From contig NMRA01000292.1 of assembly GCA_002633005.1 (NCBI GenBank), positions 271,328-335,327 of the forward strand: a DNA stretch of 64,000 bases, in the 5' to 3' direction. The notes under the pieces are model-generated. The model saw only the letters and a list, made by a program, of their open reading frames with translations, was not told the origin of the DNA and did no database searches. Numbering within the stretch: the first letter of the stretch is position 1; each line of letters opens with the position of its first letter. The stretch comes from Phoronis australis (taxonomy: Eukaryota; Animalia; Phoronida). This document shows, piece by piece, positions 1-11,852 of the stretch. Both the position numbers and the translations under genes were made by a program.

Positions 1-2095
1 TAGGCTGCTCTTAAACATGTTCTCACTGCTCAGCGATGGGTGAGAAGCATATTTTTTTCAGTCAGGCGTCTTCATTTTTGATGCCACAAATCTTCATATT
101 CACAAATGAAAACGATTGTTTTACTTCAGATTGACACAGAGCAAAATATTTTGAGTCAATATATTCCACAGTTAGTAGCGCTACGGAGACAAAACAATTT
201 TGATTGAGCCCTTGTGAAATAGAGGGATGAGAGAAAAATGACCTAATAGACACATATGTAAATGAAATGAAATAAAATTCAGAAATTAATTTCGTCAATA
301 CACCAACGAGCATCATAACATGATAAGCATTGGACAATAAATTTAGCCGACACTCGTGTCACCTCGACACACGAACTAGGTTAATTTGAAAAATGTCAAC
401 TTTAATAAACAAATTGTCCAAGGAAAGCACACTGATTACCCTGGTTGACAGCTGATTTACTAAACCGCATACAGATAGAATTTTAATCAAAATATTACTG
501 AAGTGAGATAAGTAACTTATGGAATGTGTCAACACAGTGAAAGACTTGGCGTGTCAAAAAGCAGCAAAATAGACTCTCATTTCCTTGTTTGAATGACTGC
601 TTCTGTCAAAAAGCAGCAAAATAGACTCTCATTTCCTTGTTTGAATGACTGCTCCTGTCGTGTGTCACTTCTTCATGAGTAAGGATCCTGCCAAAGATTT
701 TTTGTATAGGACTTCCTAGACAACCTTTGAAGCCATGCCTAGCTACACACTTCAATTGTTCAACTTCCTATGTGACTTTTAAGCTTGAAAAGTTGCGTCA
801 AGACACCTGTCAAAAATTGTAGTTGTAGATAGGGCCATACTATAGCTGCGTGTTACACATTGCCTTTCCTTAGTTTTCACCAGCTCTGCGTGAACTCGTG
901 GTTTTGCTAACTTTTTAACACTAAAATGTACTCATCTACAACATTAACATTTTGGTTTAAATTTTGAGTACCGGTAGTTATAAAAAATGTTCTAAGACTT
1001 CATGCCAACTAAGATCACAGATAACATATTCGAAAAATTTGAGATTTTTTGATAAAATTTCCAGAGGAGGTGTGCTTCTCTTCCTATGCTCATCTTAGCT
1101 TCCGCTTAATGAGCAGACGCCGTACGGTATTTGCCGGAAGTAAAATGTGACAATACTCCAGGTGGCGCTAGTGTATAGTGAACTCACAGCCAACAATGTT
1201 GGTCGCCGCTTGTGTGCAGGATCACAGACTTTGTGCACAGCGAATATACACAGTTGGAGTTCCACAAACTATAGTCCAATCCATAGGTCCCCTCACACTT
1301 AACACAACTCTTGTAGGAGAGGAGTGTTGATGTAATCTGCACATCCAAGTAAATGGTAGGTGATACTACTGTCATCAAATTAATCTCTACAGCAGTGACC
1401 CCTGGTGATAACTTTGATGAGACTGAAATTCACTTTCAACGGGGATGCGCCACTGTTAAATCCACATGTTTACAGCGAAGTTAACTGGGACAAGTAACTT
1501 CGGTCCATGACCAATGTTGAGGGTTTATACTGAGCTAGGAATTCCTGGTACTAAGGGAAACTCCTCAAAACATTAAATACAATGCATTGACATTAGTATG
1601 AAAAGCCTTATTTGATGCCACAGACACATGGTAATACTTTTCGTTGTTATGAACCAGTGATGTGGATAATTTGATCAGTGAATGAATGGTGACTTCTAGT
1701 GACACTGAGTATGAATAATTGTGAATTGATGGGGGTTCACAATAAGCCTGCAGGCAGAGTGTGAAATGCTTGGAGGATCACTTGAACCATATTAGGGGAT
1801 ATTCATGTTCATGGCAACTATGTAAACCTCCATTTAAGACAGGAAATTTAGTTATGTTTAAGATCCCACAAACATAACACATCAGGGTTTATTGATTGGG
1901 GTGAACAAGTACACAAATGGTGAACTTGGAAATGAGTGCTCCAACATGAGATGACAAGTACATTGAAAAATGCATGATATCAACCAAGACTTGCAAGACA
2001 GAGTTTTGCACGCCATCATAGAAAAGTACTGTAAGTAAAGTCTCAAACATTTCAGACAAACAATTGCCATAACTCGCCTCCCTTTTTATTTTCAT
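1..2095 (-). pseudogene. Possible decayed BTB-BACK (kelch-like family) gene fragments
   Basis: Minus-strand fragments in the expected order: SEMFETLL..DGVQNSVLQVLVDIMH (~2060-1970, BTB first half-like); DDSSITYHLLGCADYINTPLLQELC* then NSNCV (~1380-1250, BTB end/BACK start-like); VEYIDSKYFALCQSE...*LKKICFSPIAEQ*EHV*EQP (~170-1, BACK-like). Several stops and frameshifts; similarity judged by eye only. Confidence 0.35.
552..653. repeat. Tandem duplication, 52-bp period, 2 copies
   Basis: tgtcaaaaagcagcaaaatagactctcatttccttgtttgaatgactgct starts at 552 and again at 604. Confidence 0.95.
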
Positions 2096-3912
2096 GGTCT
2101 TCTAACACAAAAATGAATGTCACAGTAATTTAAAATTTTGTCTGTTGGTATAGCTATAATACAGAATATAAAGAATTGACACAGTACTACATCCATTTAG
2201 TGAAAAAAATTAGAAAAATAAATTCACTTGCTCACCATATTGTATACTAAAATGGTGCCGTTATACAATGTGCTTTGAGAAGCAAATTGCATGCAATGGA
2301 GTGAAAAATGAAAAAAAAAATAATTTCAGCAACTTTTCTATTTGAATTTAAAGAAAACTGTTTTACAATAAAAGCGAAAAAGTTATAAATCACAACCTCT
2401 GAAACTTATATTGTAAAACAGTTTTCCCGTGGTAAGTTCCAAAAGTTATGCATTATGACTTTTTCACATCTTGTTATTCACCTGGATGAATAATGTCCAT
2501 CCTCTAATGTTACAAGACAGCATAATCATTATTACTTTTATTCTAAATGAGACATCAGGCGTGTACTGTTTTAAGTCAGTCAATAGGTTCATCCAGAATA
2601 TCAAATGGGATAAATCAACACTAACCCTCAAGAAAGAACCCAAGTAAATGCCCACCCTAACAAAGGCCAATTCTAACTCTACAGTGGCTGGCCCACACAA
2701 CAGATTGTATTAAAATACCTATTTGCAAACAGATTAATCACAGGTAATGTTTGACTAGTTTTCTGTAGGACACAATACATGCCAACTTATTCAAAGGATA
2801 ATTTTCTAGTCTGACAGGTTGACAGTCTGTACAGATTTCAATGAAACTCCACCAGCACTTAATTTGTGTCAAAACACAGGGCCAGTACACTAGGATGTTG
2901 TGTAAGGAAACCTCCAACTGGTTTATATAAATATTGTGTGGCCTTTGTCACTTAAACTAATGAAATAGTCAAGAACATTCATACCTTTCAAAGAAACAGA
3001 CTTTGTTAGAATCTGCCGTGGAACAGAGACATGAGATCTGGCAAAAAATTTCGAATATTTTGACAGAATTTCTTTTTTCGCAGAGTCTGCTATTAATTAT
3101 ATGAGTTTCTGCACAGTGGATACACATGTGAATCAAAAGATACAAGATTTATTAGTCCACATATGTGATTTCACTAAGATTTTTATAAATTATTTCCTAG
3201 CAAATAATACTGCTCCAGACTCACACAATATTGAGATTACATGGAGAATTGATTGCGTGTGTGATCACAGAGACTACCTATTGATAGAACCATTCATTGC
3301 AACTTCCATCAATTCAATTTGCTCATGGCCAAGTGGCTCTTCTCAGCAGAGAACTCTACTCTAGCCCGGTCATCAGTAGGGCGCCTCGGTCTATAGAGAT
3401 TCGAACACTTTCCCGAGTTTTCGAGACTAAAAAGATACTAAAAACATGTTTCACACAAGAATCTATGTCACAAAAGTAATGATCACGGGATGTCAGCAAT
3501 AGAAAACATCTAAAAGGGAAACACCGCGTAAAGAGAGCGCTGTCAACACTGGTCAACAGAAGGCATTTTGTGCTCCGCCTCTTAAAAGACTAAAACGCCG
3601 GGACCCTTTGACAGAAAATATCACTCATTTTAGGTTACGTTTTGGTAAGCATGCGACATCGTAAAAGCATCCTTGTTTCTTACATGTATACAGAGGTATA
3701 TTACTCACATGTTTGTGTCCTCTTTCCACTTGATTTCTCACTTAAGATCAGTAAAACAGTAAAGATGTTTAGACAAGAAAGCCACACACCATCCCGACTC
3801 GCCATCATCACAAACAATGAATCACATATGATTGATTTATCACCACCTATCGGCAACACAGTGAACTGCGTCGCTTGCCGGGCTTGCAAAAAGTGATGGG
3901 GATAACGTGGTT

Positions 3913-4350
3913 CCCAGTGCCTGGATGCATGAAACAGTCCCAATAATAGGGACTGAACTAAGTTCCCTGAATCTACTACGTATTTTTGGACTTGTGAAAA
4001 CTTCGATTGCCCTATCTTGTATTGTTTTAGTTTCATTAATAAGTCAACCTTTGACTTTGATACAAATCGAGAGTGAACTCTACATTGAATTATCAATATT
4101 ATCGAAAACAATCATGCAACACCAACAATTTAAGGACTGAGTCCCTAGTTATTTTCAATGAACTCTGAGCTCAGTTTTTAGTTAATATATTATTAGAAAA
4201 TGTCATTAATCAAAGAAGAGCTCATAATAAAGATGAAATGAAAGAAAAATATTGCATATGTGAGTCCATATAGACAAAAGTACACAAAAAAGACTTAGGG
4301 CCCTTAGTTGAGTCCCTATTTGGGACTGTTTCATGCAACCAGCCACTGGG
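3913..4350. mobile_element. MITE with ~45-bp imperfect TIRs (PIF/Harbinger-like)
   Basis: cccagtgcctggatgcatgaaacagtcccaataatagggact (3913-) is inverted against agtccctatttgggactgtttcatgcaaccagccactggg (-4350). Non-coding interior; CAG/CTG flanks fit a CWG TSD. Confidence 0.8.
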
Positions 4351-5135
4351 CTCCAGCCAGTCTAGAGGGTCTGTGCGTGTGACAAGGGATTACTCGGTAC
4401 AAGATCATAGGTTGTGCACAAGAAAGGTGGGGAGCATTTTCAAAAAATAATTTCTTAGAATTAAGAAACAATCGACATAGGGCATGCTTAAAGAAATTTT
4501 TAATTTCCTTTCTCATCTGCATTAATTAATGGGACGGTTTTTCGGCCAAAAAAGAATTTGGGGGATTACTGTGGGACGGAATAGACTTCTTAGAGTTATT
4601 ATCTTTGATCAGGCCAATAAATCAAATAAATCTGAACGTTTTGTTACTTCATTACAAATCGCAAATTCTCACCGTCGTCTGACAGTTGCTGGATGATGAT
4701 TTCAGTTGCCAGTCTCCCCATCCCATTTACCGTGTGGGAATTAAGGTCCGTCTGCAACCGTGGAGGTCCCAGACTACCAGGCACAATTCCGCACCGAAGC
4801 TAATCTACGAAATTCACGTTTTCTCGTCCATAATGCCCCTTAAAGTTTGCCTAGTTTCGCAGGACAGATGAACATGTCCCCGCTCCACTCAAGAGTTGTC
4901 TCCGCTGCCCATGAACGTGATTATTTTTTTAATTGTATCCGTTTTCAAAGTGTTGATATAACAGTCGATCGTATTTTTTAGCTGCGGCTGAGAAATATTG
5001 GTTGGCTAATTCATCTGTCTTACGAGACTAGGTAAAATCGGGTCACTAGCACAAACACGATTCTTCGTTTGAGTCAAACAGGCATAAAGATGTGTCGGTT
5101 CACCGTCAGTCTGAAAGTTCGTGGAAAGGTCTCTA

Positions 5136-5498
5136 AATCTGCTGCGTATTTGTGGACTTGTGATAACACTGAGCGCCTTTTCTTATGCTGTTTGAGCTTC
5201 ATTGTTAAGAAATTTTTTGGCTTTGAGACGTTGAACTCTTTTTATCATTGAAAATATGTTGCGATTTTCTAATGCAACGCCCCTAATTTTAGGACTAAAT
5301 CCCTAATTATTTTGATTAGATTAAGGGCTCAGTTTTTAGTTGTGTCATTAAAAAATGCCATTAGTCAAGGAGGCGCTCATAATAAAGATAAAATTTTAGA
5401 AAAAATATTACATCTGCGAATAAAGAACGAAACAAATACGAAAAACATTTGGGGAACTTGGTGGAGTCCCCATTGGGGACTGTTTCATGCAACCGGGC
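5136..5498. mobile_element. Diverged, left-truncated second copy of the 3913-4350 MITE
   Basis: Colinear similarity to 3970-4345 (tatttgtggacttgtga, gctcagtttttagtt, gctcataataaagat) and the same right TIR gggactgtttcatgcaaccgggc. Confidence 0.75.
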
Positions 5499-5701
5499 GC
5501 AGTGCTCCAGTGACTCAGTAGAGTTACTCTGCCATGACTATTGTCCACCCCCACCGAAATTTTAATAATCATCTGCTTGTTGGATTTTCTCTCTGGTACT
5601 GTTTAGCTTACGAGTTTATCAAAACCACGAGGCCAGTTTAAACATATACGAACCCCTAAACCACTGCCGGATTACGCGATTGCGGGACCCGCAACATAAT
5701 T

Positions 5702-5940
5702 CATGCGCGCCCAGCCTAAAAAAATGGGGAGCTCGAATATTTGAGAATGTGCATATTTACTAAAATTCACGGGATACGTTCAGAGCTATGAATTGTGCAT
5801 TCGCCGAATTTTGGTAGTCCCTGTCTTTTTAGTGGACTTTTGTCTCGTTTTCTACTTTTTTCGGAGTTTTCTCTGAGGCGGACCTTTGTGTTCACTTCGC
5901 CAAATGGGGGTCTCGTTGGGCACAAGTCGAAGCGTGGGGT
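5702..5940 (-). mobile_element. MITE family 'CATGCGCGCACCCAG', reverse-orientation copy
   Basis: Reverse complement matches 28494-28737 and 42122-42377 (gagacaaaagtcc, ccccatttgg, aggctgggcgcgcatg end). Confidence 0.7.
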
Positions 5941-7935
5941 CCCTACAACAACGATCTCAAAACAAAAGCAAAATAGGTGAAGTTTTCGCTTTTGAGAAGG
6001 AAGGCAATTGAGACGGCCTAATCACTAGGCTCGGTCGAATTGGACGATTTGAGGATAATTCATTGAATCAGTGGCCACGCTTGGGCTGTAGCATCAACAA
6101 TGCTACCCTGTGTCAAATATATACACCTTGAGTAAATTTAAGTTTTACAGATTTTGTCGCACTGAACTTTAGCAAAACTCAAAGTGTATATTCAAGAATG
6201 GCCAAATAATAAAGGAATGCCTGGCGCCTTGTTGAGTTTCTACATTTTTAGGAACCACGATTTTTGAGCGCAAGTGAAAAGATTTGAGTGGTACTACGAC
6301 ACCTACAATTATTTGAACATCCCTTTACACTAAACATATTGAAAATGGCGGGGCCCCAACACAAACTTTCCAAATCGGGTTCGCTCACCCAAGGTCAGTG
6401 CTTCTTTATCGGCGTAGAAACGTGTAAACTATACGCTTACGGTATTGGTGCCTCTAAAAATGTTGTATGCGCGGGGCCCCCAAAAGGGCGCTCCTCTGCT
6501 ACGTTGTTATTTCGGCACTGCCTTATACACAACTACGCGTTCTTCACTTCCACATATATCTTTCTTGAACAAAAGTTGCGCCAAAAAGCATAGACGATGC
6601 AAACATTGCCGCCAAATCACCGCTGTGGTTAGGAAGGCATTTTATTCATAGGTCGCTACCAAAACGCACATGTTGGTATTTTTATTTTTCATATCCATGT
6701 TCTGCCTTAGCGTCTAGACCCGGCTGTCAAGTACACAAATGAAAAGTTGACCCATATTTAACTTAGTGGTTAGCTGGCTCCTATGATCTCCCCCGGATGC
6801 ACATTGCATTACTTCAGCCAGTCGGCCTCGTCCTTATCCTGCAGGAACCAGAAAATGAAGAGGGATGTAGACAACATGCAACACTCGAAGGAGCACTGCA
6901 TGTCTATAAATCGAGGTTCACGTACACGTGGCCTTTGCTTTCTGATCTGCCAATTAGAAAAACAATCTTCCAAACAGAAAAAAAAATGTTTCAGTGATCA
7001 GCTTGAAATTCGCCGAAACATCTTCGTCACTAATACCAACAATGAAGACCATATCATACAATTTGAAAAAAATCATCAAATTGATCAAATTTTGTTCATG
7101 ATGTTTGTTCCTGTGGCAGTGATGAAATATGGGTAATCAGTTGCATGAATAGGTCTAATGTGGTTTACAAAACTGCCAAATAGTTTGTAAATTTATATCA
7201 GGGACACAACAATTCCGTTATTCAAATAGCTACTGAATTAAGAACGCGCCAATTCTTTTCTAAATAAAACCCATATTGGTCCTAGGTTTAGGTAAAGCCA
7301 TCCTGAACTGAAGCCCCATCCAAAACTCTTCACAAAAGGATTGAGATCCCGGCGGCCTGACGTCTTCAGTCAGAAACCCACTCACGCTGCGTTACCCTAC
7401 ATATTTACTAAAGCTGGGGGAATTTTAGGGAGGTATATGGCCTTTTTGGTTCCCCCTTCAAATCCGCCACTGGGTGCCTTATCAAGTAGAAATGTTAACA
7501 TCTCACAGGTACCCGGCCATGCGTTTCAGCTCAACAAAAGCGTGACCCACAACATGGGAACTCGCCACGCATGGTCAGCGTCTGAGCGTTTGCCTGGTAC
7601 AGACCCTCAAGATCGTCTATTACGTGACGTCAGAGTGTAAGTCCTGAAAACCAAGTTTTAACGGCTTAAAAGCCGTTAGCCGATAGATAGCGCTCATCTC
7701 TTGACTGATTGGAGAACCTGACGGAGAGTTGCATTTGATTGTGGTTTGTATTTTCAACGAAGTCCCACCTCTTGATTACGCATTGTAAAGCATAACTTCA
7801 ACGTCTTTGTTTTCTAAAGCTGATAGTCGTCTTAAGTGAACTATATACAGACAGCATTTGAGTATTTGATCTCTTTGGACATCATGCTGAGGCAGCTGGT
7901 TGGCTTCTCAGCTCGGTCTGCCATCTGTTCAGTGG

Positions 7936-8010
7936 CACAAGCGTCCTCAGCTTCAGTTCTGATCGTCCACAATACACTATAGTGACGATCAGAAGCTGAG
8001 GACGCCTGTG
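7936..8010. mobile_element. 75-bp palindromic mini-element with 8-bp TSD (hAT- or P-type footprint)
   Basis: Left arm cacaagcgtcctcagcttc..tctgatcgtc pairs with gacgatcagaagctgaggacgcctgtg around the central palindrome cactatagtg. ttcagtgg is duplicated at 7928-7935 and 8011-8018. Confidence 0.8.
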
Positions 8011-9079
8011 TTCAGTGGCAGCGAAGCTGTTCAGGTAACCATCATTAATTAACTCGTTCACTAGGCCAGATACTATACAATAAACATCAACAACGACAAT
8101 ATTTAATTTCCTTTGATGTGCCTGAAACTTGTGGCCATTGTTGACATTTCAGAATATGTATTGTACCCTTCCTCATAATTGAGTCAAATGATTATTCAAG
8201 TGGTCACCTCTGAAAGTAGAAAAGTCATGTATAACAATCATGTCACTGTTTCATTATGCAGGGAGACCAGGCAGGTGAGCTTTATGTGAATTTAGGAAAG
8301 TTGTTCTTTGAATTAATAATTCTTAATGATATTATATCATTTCAACAGGTGTTATCAACTAGAATATCTGAGTCAGTATAAAAGAAATGACAAAGAAGGT
8401 ACAACAATTCTAAAAGTATGAAATTTGTCGTTTCGGAGGGTGAGGGGTATAACATAACATGAGTTTTAAAACATTTAATTACATTGTGCTATGAATTTAA
8501 ATTCAGTTATGAAGCTTGTAAGATTTTTGAAAACCCACATTCAATAAGTGTACAGAGACAATTTCCAAATCAAAGGAAGAATAACAAGAGGTTAAGGCAG
8601 ACAACCCTAAAGCAATCTACTGATGAATACAGAATACCAGAAGGTAATCTGCCCCACCCTCTCAGGGTGAGAATGAAAGTCAAAAAGCATAATGCATACA
8701 CAGAGAACCAACATGACAAGAAATCACATTTACGTCACAACTTCCATAACCGTACACAGGGTAATCAAGCACTTCATGCAAAACACAATAACACAACGTT
8801 CTCTTTAAAAACAATGCAGGCAACCAATCTGATTGAACCCACAACGAAAGAGAAATGAGACAAGTGCAGCAGTACTCTGGAGGCCCAACAATCTTATTTA
8901 TTCATCTAAAGATTTGCATTAAATAGGTGTGGTACATCTAGGTTAATACAGTTGTGGTTGCATGTTTCTGAAAGACAAACGTCCTTGCTTCAGGTGATTG
9001 CTTTGTGCACCTCAAAAAGATAAGGACTGATGGTGACAAGCTGAAGACGTTTGTGACAATGCAACTACTACCAAGCTGT

Positions 9080-11029
9080 TTAACAGAAGTCACAATTGGT
9101 ACAGAACCATTCTAAGCCTTCAGGTGGATAATCCATTAGGTTGGCACACTGGAAATGAAACCATTCATTACATCTACTGCATTGTGCATATTGCAGTTTG
9201 TTGTGAGAATATATAGCAGCCTTGCAAATAAAACAGAAGTTACGAGCATTAGTACTCAAAAACGTACTTGGTTTTTCCCAATGTGTTGTACACGCATCCT
9301 TCTTCTTGCTCAAGTGGGATGCCGCAAGGTTAGCAATGCCAGGTTTACACATCATAGACATTTCTTCAAGTTTGGTTTCAGATGCATTGCTCAGAGAGTT
9401 GGACAGATATGACTCAGTTTCTCGAATAATCCTTTGATCACTCTCGTGCCCTTTCATGTGACGCTTGAACAGTGTAGCGCTACTGAAAAATTTGGTTTCA
9501 CCATTGCTTAAACACAAATCACAGACCACATCATTGGGATTATGCTTTAACTGCACATGCTTCTGGTGTGACTTGAAGTCATTGAAACGACGAGGAGGGT
9601 TCACACCTTCACGAACACAACAACCACAGGCAAATGTACCAGTAGAAATATTTTTTTTCACGTTGACAGAATCAGACCTTGGTTTCTTATGAGGAACATG
9701 TTGGACAGTTTGAAATGAAATTTCTGAAGAGACGTCAAAATCCACATCAAAATCCACATCAGCAGAACTTTTATTGGAAGAAGAATTCAGAGACCGCTTT
9801 TGTGCCTTTGCTACCTGAGATTGCAAAGCGTCTGAACCAGATGCTATCACCTTTACTTTGTTAATACCTCGTTTCACAGGTCGTTTTGTGCGCCTTCCTT
9901 TGAAAGATGTCCTTGACTTGTCAAGAAACGGAACATTAGGACAGTAAGGGTCACTTCCATTTTCAGGATCATGCTCATTTATGGGTTTTGTTTTCCCTAT
10001 GGGACCAGACTTTCGACGAAAACCGTGTTTGTGTGGGAGAGCATGAGCAGGTCGACCAGAGTGAGATGGACCACAAATATACTGATTATGAAGAACTTTA
10101 AGCAGTGAGCCATTTGTACTGTATGACAGTTTCTCAATCACTGTGATTAAGTGAGAGTCGATTTTTAAAGAACTAACAATATCCCTAAGACGAGTACTGG
10201 GGACTGGGTCAGTTCTAAAAGCTGACAAAGAATCAGGAATCTGTGGCACCTGCTTTGAATACAATTCAACAAGACTACCTTGATTGGTAACGCCAGAAGC
10301 TTTACTTAAACAGGCAAACAAATGCTTGCAGAAATATGGCTGGCCCCATACGATGAATTGTTGACAAGTGCAAACACATAACTCTAAGTTGCAAATGTGG
10401 TCATTGTCAGAGACAACCTTTTTTCCATCTTCAGGAAGGTAATCCATCATTAAATCCCGATAATTGTTTAGGAACAACTTTGAAAGATCCTTCTGAAATC
10501 TTGCAGTGCTGCTACGAACAGTATAACCGTGCTCTTCAGCAGGCTGAGAAAATTGAAGGCCTGAAATCGACAGCACATCATTTTGGGACACCTCTTCCAA
10601 TACAATATCTGATAGGTCCATGTTATCCTCTAGTTTTGAGTCTGAAGAAGACATGTCGGCTAAACTTCCCTTGTCATTTCTCACCAACTTGGTAGAGCTG
10701 CGAACAAGAAACCATTTACCAGAGAACTCTTGAACATCAGAAGCTGGGATATGTAAAGCACTTCCAGCATGTGCTACCATTGCTGTCTTTCGAGAAATCT
10801 CTATCTTTTTACTGGTAGACTGAATAGAATGTATAGATTCGCGAGGCAAAATGTCACATAAAACAGACCGAACAAGTTGAGACATCCGTCTATTACATTT
10901 CCCTTTGAAGTCTGTATCGTTGAATTCTTTGAACTTGTGCTCTGTAGTGTTATCTTGAATACACACTAAACAAAAACAGATTAGTTTTACATTCAAAGCT
11001 GTGCTCAGCAACATGCATGTTCTATTCAT
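9080..11029 (-). CDS. MULE/Mutator transposase-derived protein: C-terminal DDE E-motif, SWIM zinc finger, 2x C2H2 fingers, C-terminal PHD finger
   Basis: 649-aa uninterrupted ORF. DNTTEHKFKEFNDTDFKGKCNRRMSQLV resembles the MULE NNxxE..K..NxR.dxLV motif. SWIM: CTCQQFIVWGQPYFCKH. C2H2: CGCC..HVQLKH and CDLC..HMKGH. PHD C4HC3: CFIC..CSRCNEWFHFQC..WFCTNC. Minus-strand AATAAA at 8897-8902. The real 5' end is probably a splice acceptor near 10965. Confidence 0.75.
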   Translation of the reverse strand: MNRTCMLLSTALNVKLICFCLVCIQDNTTEHKFKEFNDTDFKGKCNRRMSQLVRSVLCDILPRESIHSIQSTSKKIEISRKTAMVAHAGSALHIPASDVQEFSGKWFLVRSSTKLVRNDKGSLADMSSSDSKLEDNMDLSDIVLEEVSQNDVLSISGLQFSQPAEEHGYTVRSSTARFQKDLSKLFLNNYRDLMMDYLPEDGKKVVSDNDHICNLELCVCTCQQFIVWGQPYFCKHLFACLSKASGVTNQGSLVELYSKQVPQIPDSLSAFRTDPVPSTRLRDIVSSLKIDSHLITVIEKLSYSTNGSLLKVLHNQYICGPSHSGRPAHALPHKHGFRRKSGPIGKTKPINEHDPENGSDPYCPNVPFLDKSRTSFKGRRTKRPVKRGINKVKVIASGSDALQSQVAKAQKRSLNSSSNKSSADVDFDVDFDVSSEISFQTVQHVPHKKPRSDSVNVKKNISTGTFACGCCVREGVNPPRRFNDFKSHQKHVQLKHNPNDVVCDLCLSNGETKFFSSATLFKRHMKGHESDQRIIRETESYLSNSLSNASETKLEEMSMMCKPGIANLAASHLSKKKDACTTHWEKPSTFLSTNARNFCFICKAAIYSHNKLQYAQCSRCNEWFHFQCANLMDYPPEGLEWFCTNCDFC

Positions 11030-11852
11030 TTACATGACAAGTTGGGCAAACTTACCTAAAAAACCCTAGCTGCAATGAGCCATGAGTTTATCACTGACAC
11101 AACACATCATAGGTGGAGGAAGTTGGAAGTTGTTAAATACGAGAATAAGCATAGATGTGAAATTGTAAGAGTATTTTGTGAGAGAGCAGGGCAGGGTGTA
11201 GGAAACTTAGATGAAAAGCCATACCAAGCAGAAGCACTTCACCACACAGGCAAAAAATAAAAGAGGGCACACACGACCAAAAGCCAATCACTACTATGTA
11301 AGAAGTTTATAGCACACTGCTTTACCTTAAAATCAGCTATGAAGAAGAAAAAATAATTACAGTTAGATAACATAATTATATACAATTCATTTGTGATGTC
11401 ACAGAATCATGTCATTATTTAATACGTGTATTGGAAGTGATTAAACAAATGTTCGTCAGTATGCATTTTATGTTTGTCTGAAAACAAGTGCCAGGACAAT
11501 AAACCCTGTTAAGGCCATTTAACCTGCCTTTGAAATTTTGCAATGGACAGTTATAATTGCTTGTAGCAAGTAAAGATATTGTTCGGCAACAAAGAGGTTC
11601 TTGAGTGAGGTTCAAAACGAATTTTTCGTCAGCCATAAACAGCCATACCCAAAAGATATGTTACATTCTGGACATTCCACAACACCAGTCACCCAGATCA
11701 TTGCAAACACATGATTCAAACCTTGAAATGAAAACGATTGTTGAACATTGGGAAGATTCTCGTGTCACTACTAATTACAGTGAAATCTTCTAAATCCTTT
11801 AGAAATTATCTGATTCCCATAAGGTCAAAGAACATTCAAGACAACAACATAC

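Noticed and set aside
6783-8858. ORFs 6783-7136, 7341-7640 and 8484-8858 as genes
   Set aside because: No recognisable domains and no coherent splice structure.
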